From Eledone cirrhosa (Eukaryota), in the NCBI GenBank assembly GCA_964016885.1, contig OZ024752.1, positions 33,542,001 to 33,606,000 on the forward strand: DNA of 64,000 nt, given 5' to 3'. This document shows, piece by piece, positions 53,111 to 63,745 of this stretch. The stretch's first letter is position 1; each line of letters begins with the position of its first letter. The notes below the pieces were generated by a model that was given only the letters and a program-made list of their open reading frames with translations, was not told the origin of the DNA and made no database searches. The translations under genes and the position numbers were made by a program.

Positions 53111-53776
53111 TAAGTAAATATCTTTAAGTCGTTTGGAAGCCTCGACAATGCAAATGGGTAAATCTCCGGGTAACAAGGTCCGGTGGTGGAGAGAGAGATG
53201 TAGGTGGGTGTATGTTGAGATGCGTGGTGTGTATAAGATGTGTGAGATGTGTAGAATGAAGGGAAGAGTATAAAGGATAAAATAAAAATAACAACACAAG
53301 AGAGTTACTTTGGGAGAGATTTAATAGTCCCTATATATTTCGTATTCACATCCATCAACTGGGGTTTTTTTCCGGGGTGGGGGAAAAGGTTGTCTGTCGG
53401 ACAAGTCCGGAACGCGTCCTTCGCTGTTTGTTGTTTTGAATATATGCAAAACAACAAACAGCGAAGGACGCGTTCCGGACTTGTCCGACAGACAACCTTT
53501 TCCCCCACCCCGGAAAAAACACCCAGTTGATGGATGTGAATCCGAAATATATAGGGACTATTAAATCTCTCCCAAGGTAACTCTCTCTTGTGTTGTTATT
53601 TTTATTTTATCCTTTATACTCTTCCCTTCATTCTACACATCTCACACATCTTATACACACCACGCATCTCAACGTACACCCACCTACATCTCTCTCTCCA
53701 CCACCGGACCTTGTTACCCAGAGATTTACCCATTTGCATTGTCGAGGCTTCCAAATAACTTAAAGATATTTACTTA
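53111..53776. repeat. Near-perfect ~666 bp palindrome with no spacer, centre 53442/53443
   Basis: Arms of ~332 bp are reverse complements with few mismatches, for example tgtcggacaagtccggaacgcgtccttcgctg / cagcgaaggacgcgttccggacttgtccgaca. Confidence 0.95.
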
Positions 53777-53953
53777 ATAATAATATTATTTATAGTTATG
53801 TATACACTATATAAAACTATAAACAGGAAAGATCAGTAATTCATTACTACCTTATTACCAGTAAGAAAATAGCTCAATGTAAATACATCAGATGTTTTAC
53901 AGAGCCGGAATATAAATTACACAATAATCAAAGCTATGTTCAAATCATTTTAT

Positions 53954-54000
53954 TGCTGACAATCGTTTCTTCCAAACTTTCGTTTGGAGTCATCGGAGCA
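53954..54000 (-). ncRNA. Minimal hammerhead ribozyme motif (antisense copy)
   Basis: Minus strand reads tgct-CCGATGA-ctccaaac-gaaa-gtttggaa-GAAA-cgatt-GTC-agca. Confidence 0.65.
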
Positions 54001-54334
54001 GTAGCAATGTTTGTACATATAATTAACCTCCAATTCAACTGAACAATCATATAGATACATGGATATTAATGTTGTCAACAACAGTTTCGTATTTACAGAG
54101 TGGAATGGATGCAGCAGAGATTTCAAGAGAATTGTACAATAATTAAAATTAAAAATTAAAAAAGGCACTGAGTGGAATGCATGCGACAGAGATTACAAGG
54201 GAATAGTATAACAATTAAAGAGGCATCCATTCCACTCTGTAAATACGAAACTGTTTTTGATAACATTAATAACCATGTATCTATATGATTGTTCAGTTGA
54301 ATAGGAGGTTAATTATATGTACAAACATTGCTAC

Positions 54335-54381
54335 TGCTCCGATGACTCCAAACGATAGTTTGGAAGAAACGATTGTCAGCA
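54335..54381 (+). ncRNA. Minimal type I hammerhead ribozyme motif with U4C variant core
   Basis: Stem I tgct/agca. CCGATGA at 54339-54345. Stem II tccaaac/gtttgga. GAAA at 54366-54369. Near-palindromic acgattgt. GUC triplet with predicted cut after 54377. AATAAA at 54381. Confidence 0.65.
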
Positions 54382-55060
54382 ATAAAATGATTTGAACATA
54401 GCTTTGATTATTTTGTAATTTATATATATATATATAATAGAATAATCGAGTATCGGAAAATCAGCTCACGAATTAACGATAAACAATATCCGATATGAGT
54501 GGCAGAGGGCTCAATAATTTGGATAAATCAGAGCTATACTATCGTTAAATTACCAACACATAGAGATTATGCCTAAAAAGAACGACCAGGAAGATTCGGG
54601 TCACTCAAATAAAATATCAATAAATTAATAATTTAAATGAATGTAAAAAACTTACCCGGACCCGCTAGAAGGGTGTTAAATCTAGCTTCTTGGGTTTCTG
54701 CAATTCCTTAATCCGTTCACTATCAGCCCACATAAAAATATATGACTTCTAGGGAAGGAGTGGACCGGAAGAGCTTTATCAACGGGTTCCGTCCGATAAT
54801 AAAGAAGTGACCTTTAGCCAGACACGCACATGGTGCCCAGCAAGGGAGATAACTTCTATATTAACGAAAAAATTTTTGGTAATGTGGAAATCATGTAGGA
54901 ATACAAAATATCACATATCGAATCAGAGTGCTCAATAGACATGTTAAAATAAACAGGAGCTATTCATCAGTCAATAGAATCGACAAAAAAATGATCAATA
55001 AAATTAACTGGTCAATAGCTAGGTCTAGAGCTAAATATAATATATATATATATATATAAG

Positions 55061-55177
55061 ATTTATTTTCTTTTGGTCGTTTTGGAAGCCTCAACAATGC
55101 AGATGGGTAATTCTCCGGGTAACAGAATTACCCATCTGCATTGGTGAGGCTTCCAAAACGACCAAAAGAAAATAAAT
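55061..55177. repeat. Hairpin with 54 bp arms and 9 bp loop, related to the outer arm of the 53.1 kb palindrome
   Basis: atttattttcttttggtcgttttggaagcctc...gggtaattct / agaattaccc...gaggcttccaaaacgaccaaaagaaaataaat. Confidence 0.9.
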
Positions 55178-55404
55178 TTTATTATTCCACAATGCTTCAA
55201 GCAAACTTCAATACTTTCATATATATATATATATACGCATACATACATGATGGCTGCCCCCTCGTAATCGAGTATGGCCATTGCACAATATACCATTATT
55301 AATTAATTCTATTGTGCAATGCCTGTGTGTGAAAATATTTTTTAAAGTGAGGAAAGACTGTGCTCTGAGCCAATCCCACTCTACACACACATACACACAC
55401 ACGC

Positions 55405-55451
<47 letters not shown>

Positions 55452-56177
55452 GGGGGAGAAGAATACTGCATGGTTGCACATGGATAACATGTTATAAAAT
55501 GAGTCCCTCATCAGTGATTTGCCAACAATCATTGGTATTTCATCGCATTAAAAATCATATACCTCACGTTGGTGCGATAATAACTAAAATAAGTTATTAG
55601 GACAATATATGTGTGTGTGTAAATGATTCAGGACCCAGACAGCTGAGCTCCTGCCATTCCAACAGTCATTTCCATTCGGAAATAGCTGTGTCGCGAATCC
55701 TTCATATTACCACCTATACTACACCAAGTATTGAGTACTCTGGTGAGTAATGGTCTAACTGGTTTTTACTGCATCCATTCTGACACACACACACACACAC
55801 ACGTGTATGTGTGCGTGCATGCTGACCCATATATATTTATGTGTACATGCTGCCGTATATATAATGTATATGTATGTATGTACGTGCTGAGCTTATGTTG
55901 TATGACCAGTCATCTTTGAAAGAAGCACCACTTTTTAATAAAGTACAATATGTCAACATGAAGTATGGTTTGTTCAGGTCTTTGCAGCAGTGTTTTTATA
56001 ACTACTGGGTGCAGCATAATATTAAAAGCTTTATTGTTAATTCATTACCTGGCTTGTCTTGACAAACTTGTCTAATCTACTGAGAATCTTCACGAGCATT
56101 CACTAACCTGCTTGTCTCACCACCCTTCAACCATTGCAGTTTTCTTTGTTTTGCTTTTTATTATTTACTTCTTAGCA

Positions 56178-56830
56178 GGGTGGTGGATTGGCAGTAATCG
56201 GTAGGGCGTCGGAAAACATACTTTGTGGCACAGAGTTATGGCCCTTTACGTTCTGAGTTCAAATCCTGCTGAGGTTAGCTTTGACTTTCATCCTTACGGG
56301 GGTCGATAAAATAAAGTGCCAGTAATGCACTGGGGGGGTCGATTTAATCAACTTTCCTCATCTCCAAAATTGTTGGCCTTACGCCTAAATCAGAAACCAT
56401 TATTATCAATCCCACCGAGGATAGCTTTGCCTTTCTTCTTTACAGGGTTGATAAAATAAAGTACCAGTAATGCATTGGAGTCGATTTAATTGATTTTCCC
56501 CTCCACCAAAACTGTTGGCCTTGTGCCTAAAGTAGAAACAATTTTTATTGGTCCTAACGAAGTTAGCCTTATCTTTCATCCTTACAGGGTTGATAAAATA
56601 AAGTTCCAGTAACATACTGAGGTAAATACACCCCCCCCCCCCCAAAAAAAAGAATTTGTTGGCCTTCTGCCCAAATCAGAAACCCTTATTATTAATCCCA
56701 TGAAGGTTATCTTTGCCTTTCATCTTAACAGGGTTGATAAAATATCAGTAACGCACTGAGGTGAATTTAATCAACTTTCTCCTCCTTCTCAAATTGTTGG
56801 CCTTGTGCCTAAATCAGAAACCATAAAATA
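56178..56830 (+). mobile_element. tRNA-SINE followed by three tandem ~140 bp copies of its 3' half
   Basis: One A/B-box head, then four repeats of gcctttcatccttac...gataaaataaagt...ggccttgtgcctaaa. Confidence 0.85.
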
Positions 56831-57433
56831 ACAAAGAAACCATTATTTTAATTGCTAGTAGTATTTCTCTTTAGTTTCTAGACTAACTTACACATTGATT
56901 TAAAAGTAAAACTGAAAACTAAATTTATTTCACTTCTAAACAAACATAATTTGGCACCTGTCTTAGAACAAATAGATAAATACCGACAGAATTGTTTATA
57001 TTTATTGTTATTTGTTAATTTTTATTACTCTCCTACGGACTGTGGTAATTATTGTGAAAATTAAGTTGATTGATTTAAAAAATAATGTCATATGAATGTA
57101 ATGAACATTTAATTATGTTCATTTGGTTTAGCAATTAACCAAAGTTTTCCTTTCAAGAGTTATTTGTGACAAAACTTTATGTTCTGCAGTGGTTCCCAAC
57201 TTTTTTTGCTCCATGCCCCACCTCAATATTTCAAAAATGATTATGCTCCCTCCACTTTTGGTGTGAAAACAGCAGTGATCAACTGCAAAGTGTAAACAAA
57301 TTGGTACAAAAGTGGTGCCAGATGCACAATAAAATATGTGGATGAGGTGAGATAGGAATTGGATACCAAAGTAATGTGTACCAAAGTTACCTTGGTGTAA
57401 AAGTAATGATGTAAAATCTGAAGTTTGTTCTCA

Positions 57434-57614
57434 TTAACCGTTTAGCATTTAAACTGACTGTATTCAGCCAGAATTCTCTCACCTCTTTCTCTTCAAACTG
57501 GCTGTTCTCAAAATAAATAACATCAATCTTGTAGATTCCATATTATGTGAGATAAAGTATTTACTGTGAAAATACAATAGTAAATATAGAGTAATGTAAA
57601 TGCTAAAGGGTTAA
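57434..57614 (+). mobile_element. piggyBac-type MITE with internal deletion
   Basis: TTAA-flanked TIRs. Confidence 0.85.
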
Positions 57615-58001
57615 CATCATTTTCAAATTGGGCCCCTTAAATATTCAAATTGCCTACCTATAGGGCATGTGTCCAACATCATTTTTCTGTAATAGTTTTA
57701 TACTATAAGAATTAACTTCAAGACATTGATTGAATCAGAATAGGGTCTGAATAATTTAGTTGCATTTTCTATAAAAACAAGCATAAAATATTCTGCTTTA
57801 TATAATCATTATTAAAAATTTATTACTTATTACTGACATTTTTGGAAATATTCTATGCACCATGATTTGTTCCTAACTAAATAATAAAAATAGAATATTG
57901 ATAATTAACAATAGAATATTGATAATGATTTGCAAAATTGCTGTAACTTCTTGTGAATTAACTTGTACCTTTTCTGGGGTAATAATTATGAAGATTGTGA
58001 A

Positions 58002-58232
58002 TTAACTCCTTTAGCATTTCCATTACTCTATATATACTATTGTATTTTTCACGGTAAAGGCTTTACCTCATGTACCTATCTCACATAATATGGAATCTAT
58101 GAGATTTTGATGTTATTTGTTTTGAGAACAATACCTTAACATCAGTATGAGCAGCTGATTACAGCCAGTTTGAACAGAAAGGGGTGAGAGAATTCTGGCC
58201 AGATATGGTTGGTTTAAATGTTAAAGGGTTAA
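58002..58232 (-). mobile_element. piggyBac-type MITE
   Basis: TTAA-flanked TIRs. Confidence 0.85.
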
Positions 58233-58675
58233 GAAACATTCAGATATTTTAACTGAATATTTTACAGAAAGAAGTATATGAGAAAAGTAAGCTTTTATAA
58301 TTTATTTCGGAGATGGTTGTTTCTGATAGTACCTGCAGGGAGGCATATCTGAGGACTCTGCCCTCCATAATCCTCTCTTGGAGATGTCTGTTTATGACTA
58401 GCCTCAGGAAGGCATATCTGAGGACTCACAGTTGTCTAATCTCAGGTCACTTCCATCTAGACACACTTGGCTTAACTCTCACTTCTCTTCTTGTGACCCA
58501 CACAGACCCTTCATTAACCCCTGCATCCATCTATTCCCCTCCTTCCCCAGAATATAGCACACTCCCACCTCCTGTATTCTCTCCCCACACATAGTTTTCT
58601 TGTACCTGCCAATGTGCAACTGTTCAAAAACAACCTAAGTTAATGTCTTGTTGTTCTTGCCAGTCTCGGGTATCT

Positions 58676-58902
58676 TTAACCCTTTACCATTTACATTACT
58701 CTATATATACTATTATATTTTCACTGAAAAGGCTTTACCTCATAATTATCCTACATAATATCGAATCTATGAGATTTTGATATTACTTATTTTGAGAACA
58801 ATATCTTAACATCTGTATGAGCAACTGGTTACAGCTGGTTTAAATAGAAAGAGGTGAAAGAATTCTGGCCGGATATGGCTGGTTTAAATGTTAAAGGGTT
58901 AA
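58676..58902 (-). mobile_element. piggyBac-type MITE
   Basis: TTAA-flanked TIRs. Confidence 0.85.
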
Positions 58903-59599
58903 AGGCTGTGGGTGAAACCCCTTCCTCTAATAATTTAAAAAAACCCCAAAAGGATGAGATCGTTAACTAAACCAATAAAGAAATTAAACTAAATGTAATG
59001 CAGTCTTTTTTGTAGTTTTTTTTATTATTTTTTGCTCTGAGTTAAAATTGCTTATTCAAATCAATATTCTTAAGTTCAGATGTCCTCTATAAAAATTAGC
59101 CTTATGTTTGGTAAAAAATAAATCAATAATATATTCTATTATCATCCCTAATGTTTCTAGTTAATATTTTATATTGAAGAGATTTAAAAAAACAAAAACA
59201 AAACAAACATTTATTTATCTTTATCAGATAATTAATTGAACAATTATAACTTATCACAACAATTCTTGCTTTAGAAATATAAGAAGAATTAGTATCTATT
59301 TTCTTTTCTTTGTTAAAGAGAGAGATTACTTGATAGTGAAACTGTTATCTAGATATTTGGACTTATTCAGACTGAAGTCACTACTATCATCATCATCATC
59401 ATCTTCGTTGTTGCCATCACCGTTTCATATCTATTTTTCCACATTTGCAAAGGTTAGATGAGTTGTCTGGACATAGTGAGTCAAGTCAGGTCAGATGGTC
59501 GTGTCTTGCTCATACAGAACTGTTTCTGGCTTGATTTCTGCGGCTGGATGTCCTTCCTAATGCCAACTACATTTACAGTGTTGACAGGGTGGGGGCCTT

Positions 59600-60558
59600 G
59601 TATCGTGGCACCAAAATGACCACCTTACAGTGTGAACTGGACGCTTTTTTTTCATAACACCAAACCAACCACCTTATAGTGTAGACTAGGAGCTTTTTGT
59701 CATGTCACCAAACCGACCACCGTACAGTGTGGACTGGGAGCTTTTTGTCATGTCACGTCACCAAACCGACCACCTTACAGTGTGGACTGGGAGCTTTTTG
59801 TAATGTCACCAAACAGACCACCTTACAGTGTGGACTGGGAGATTTTGTCATGTCACCAAACCGACCACCTTACAGTGTGGACTGGGAGATTTTGTCATGT
59901 CACCAAACAGACCACCTTACAGTGTGGACTGGGAGATTTTGTCATGTCACCAAACAGACCACCTTACAGTGTGGACTGGGAGATTTTGTCATGTCACCAA
60001 ACCGACCACCTTACAGTGTGGACTGGGAGCTTTTTGTCATGTCACCAAACCGACCACCTTACAGTGTGGACTGGGAGCCTTTTGTCCTGTCACTAAACAG
60101 ACCACCTTACAGTATGGACTCGGAGATTTTGTCACGTCACCAAACCAATCACCTTACAGTGTGGAGTGAGAGATTTTGTCATGTCACCTAACCGACCACC
60201 TTACAGTGTGGACTGGGAGGTTTTTGTCATGTCACCAAACAGACCACCTTACAGTGTGAACTGGGAGGTTTTTGTCATGTCACCAAACAGACCACCTTAC
60301 AGTGTGGACTGGGAGTTTTTTGTCATGTCACCAAACCAATCACCTTACAGTGAGGACTGGGAGTTTTTTGTCATGTCACCAAACCAATCACCTTACAGTG
60401 TGGACTGGGAGATTTTGTCATGTCACCAAACCAATCACCTTGCAGTGAGGAGTGGGAGATTTTGTCATGTCACCAAACCAATCACCTTACAGTGTGGACT
60501 GGGAGATTTTGTCATGTCACCAAACCCACCACATCACAGTGTCAACTGGGAGCTTTTT
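59600..60558 (-). repeat. 47(-48) bp minisatellite, ~20 copies, inside a minus-strand retroposon (tail at 59387-59580)
   Basis: Unit ttttgtcatgtcaccaaacagaccaccttacagtgtggactgggaga. Its reverse complement aligns to the 48 bp unit. Adjacent ctggatgtccttcctaatgccaac and (CAT)n tail. Confidence 0.92.
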
Positions 60559-61663
60559 GAAGTGACAATAAAGAATAAATAGAACTGAAGACAAAACAAA
60601 AAACATTCTTCATTTCCATAAAGCTAATAGAGAAAACTGTCTGAGCCTAATAGGTGGAACTTGTAAAAGATTAAAACCTAACAGTGATATCAATAATGAC
60701 TTTGTTCCATCTCCAGGGATATTTTACCCAGTTTTCTCAACCATTATTTATAGTGACCGACTATTATTATTATTATAGTTATTTACATTGGAGCGACTAC
60801 ATTTCAGGTTTTCCCAATTGTGTCTTAATTTAAACCGGATGTTCTAAATGAAATATAGATTATTTTCTCATTGTTTGTATTGTGAAAAGTTGTAATGTAA
60901 TAGAGTTGACATTTTCACCAGGCCTGTTGTTTGTTAAAGCTATTCCTGGAAGTAGTTTTAACATAAATCTTTTTTAGTTTTTTGACACTGATCTAATAAT
61001 TTTCTAAGATTGAGGCATTATTTATTGTCAAAAGAATTAATATTTTCACACAAACTTTCAAGAAAAACAATGACAAGAATTCATAGAAAAATGAGAAAAC
61101 TCAATAGAAGAATAGCTGTTAAAACAGCCAAATACTGTCAATGACAGCATTGGGTAAAAATACCTCGCAGACCAGTGGCTAGTGGTCAATAGAGATAATC
61201 CATGAGGCGGGCTGACAGGCAGACAAATATAGAAACAATTTAGAGAGGAGGAGTAGAAGAAGGAAAAATGTGATGGCATATGGAAGTGACTGGAAGAAGG
61301 AAATAAAGAAAGGCGATGTACAAGACAAGTTCACACACATCTACACCTTCATGAGCTCTCATTGGAGCAAAAATGGTTTCACACGATTTAACTGAGGGTA
61401 CCATTTTAAACTTGCTGGATTATACAGCAAGGGTATTTTAGCACAAATCAACAACTTTTACAACAACTTTTAACATGTTTTTATTCACCATGTGTTATCC
61501 ATTCACATTACATGTTTGATATTAATGTAGTCACCCATCAAGTAACCAATATGTCTATTGTCCACTCTATTTATATTTGTTATGTTTACAGATAGTTAGC
61601 TCCATATAACACATCATGGGGGAAATCATAGGAAAGAAATACTGACACCACAAATAGCACCCA

Positions 61664-61982
61664 CCCTCTCTCTCCCTAACTCTCCCCCTAACTCTCTCCC
61701 CCTAACTCTCTCCTCCTAACTCTCTCCCCCTAACTCTCTCCTCCTAACTCTCTCCCCCTAACTCTCCCCCTAACTCCCCCCTAACCCTCCCCCTCTCTCT
61801 CCCTCATTCCTCCCTCTCCCTCATTCTCCCCCCCCCCCCCCCCCCCCCTCATTCCCCCACTCTCCCACTCTCTCTCCCCCCACTCTCTCTCTCCCTCCAC
61901 TCTCCCTCCCTCATTCTCCCTCTTCCACTCTCCCACACTCTTCCTCTTCCACTCTCCCACTCTCTTCCTCCCTCTCCAATCT

Positions 61983-62018
<36 letters not shown>

Positions 62019-62083
62019 CACTCATTCTCTCTCACGCTCTCTCTTTCTCACTATCTCTCTTCCACTCACCCCCCCCCTCTCTC
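61664..62083. repeat. Polypyrimidine tract with CC(C/T)CTAA-containing short repeats
   Basis: ccctaactctctc-like units at 61674-61787, then CT-rich low complexity. Confidence 0.85.
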
Positions 62084-62314
62084 ATCAATTAGTTTATTGA
62101 TCTGATGGGTGTCACTGTTTACTCTGTGTGAAACTTGATAAGAATATTTCACTTTAGCCAATAACAAATATCTGACCATTATCCCCTGCCTCCTCCCTCC
62201 TCACCAATCCATCTCTCCACGCCACCCCTAGAGAGCATGTGTCATGGTTTTCACCACATTCAGGTTGAACAACACCTAACTCCATTGAAATTGTTTGGTT
62301 GTCAGACATTTGTG

Positions 62315-63200
62315 AGGGTCGGCAGAAAAGTTAATAGGTTGACCAAGATACTCATGGAATGACCAAATGAGGTTTATTTTTTAACATTAGTCCCTGGAAA
62401 GAAACAATGCAGTTATTATACAAGGGTCATCTGAAAAGTTCATAGGCTGACCAAGATACTCTCATGGAATGACCAAATGAAGTTTATTTTTTAACATTAG
62501 TCCCTGGAAAGAAACAATGCAGTTATTATACAAGGGTCATCTGAAAAGTTCATAGGCTGACCAAGATACTCTCATGGAATGACCAAATGAAGTTTATTTT
62601 TTAATTAGTCCCTGGAAAGAAACAATGCAGTTATTATACAAGGGTCATCTGAAAAGTTCATAGGCTGACCAAGATACTCTCATGGAATGACCAAATGAAG
62701 TTTATTTTTTAACATTAGTCCCTGGAAAGAAACAATGCAGTTATTATACAAGGGTCATCTGAAAAGTTCATAGGCTGACCAAGATACTCTCATGGAATGA
62801 CCAAATGAAGTTTATTTTTTAATTAGTCCCTGGAAAGAAACAATGCAGTTATTATACAAGGGTCATCTGAAAAATTCATAAGTTGACCAAGATACTCTCA
62901 TGGAATGACCAAATGAAGTTTATTTTTCAACATTACTACCTGGAAAGAAACAATGCAGTTATTATACAAGGGTCATCTGAAAAGTTCATAGGCTGACCAA
63001 GATACTCTCATGGAATGATCAAATGAGGTTTATTTTTCAACATTACTACCTGGAAAGAAACAATGCAGTTATTATACAAGGGTCATCTGAAAAGTTCATA
63101 GGTTGACCAAGATACTCTCATGGAATGATCAAATGAAGTTTATTTTTCAACATTAGTCCCTGGAAAGAAACAATGCAGTTATTAAGAAGAGTTGAAATTA
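62315..63200. repeat. 108-110 bp tandem array, 8 copies, from the left half of a mariner-type MITE
   Basis: agggtcatctgaaaa recurs at 62423, 62533, 62641, 62751, 62859, 62969 and 63079. Matches the left halves of 3166-3367 and 37948-38312. Confidence 0.92.
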
Positions 63201-63371
63201 ATGTATGCAAGATTTCACACCACTGAAACTGGGATAAGCAGTGTCCTGACGAGCCTCTGGATTTGAGACAGACTTTAGATACATTGTTAGGCTTCAGTTG
63301 AGATGTTCTTGTAATGTCATAGTTTTGAAACCAGATTCAATGGTTGTCATCAGTTATCACATAGAAACTTT

Positions 63372-63660
63372 CATCAAACGTCTGTTGTTTCACACTTGCA
63401 TGGGTTTAACAGGTCCTTCTCAGTACAGCTTCTCCCCACTTGACGCTTTCCTTTGTCATCCCTTTCATTAGCTTAAGTGACCTGAGATCAGCTCTCACCA
63501 CTTCCATCCCGGTCTTTCTTGGTCTTCCTCTACTGCAGCTTCCTTCCGCTGGGACTTTTTGGCGCATCTTCACCCAGCGATCATCATCTATGTACATCAC
63601 CATCATCTATGTACATCACATGTCCTTACCAATGCAGTCTCCTCTCTTGCATGTTCGTTA
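63372..63660 (-). mobile_element. Degenerate RTE-clade LINE 3' end
   Basis: [40 protein letters not shown]. Confidence 0.8.
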
Positions 63661-63745
63661 CAAATAAGCTCATATGTAAATGATGTATGTATAAAAATGA
63701 AAGTATTGTATGTTGTTAAATTGCCCCCCTTTTTTTCTATTTCAG

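Larger units (their letters stand above)
53910..54425. repeat. Inverted duplication, 203 bp arms (53910-54112 / 54223-54425), Penelope-like pseudo-LTR pair
   Basis: Arms are reverse complementary around a 110 bp spacer. Each arm has a hammerhead motif plus AATAAA. Confidence 0.9.
50887..63745 (+). other. GT-AG intron of the RanBPM gene, 12,859 bp
   Basis: Bounded by the donor and acceptor of two exons whose peptides join without a gap (RLP-G-WDK). Confidence 0.9.

Noticed and set aside
55445-55525. Minus-strand CTGATGAggg...ccc motif
   Set aside because: No GAAA box follows and the sequence is truncated by a TA tract.
61674-61787. Interstitial telomere
   Set aside because: The CCCTAA motifs are not directly tandem and are embedded in CT low-complexity sequence.
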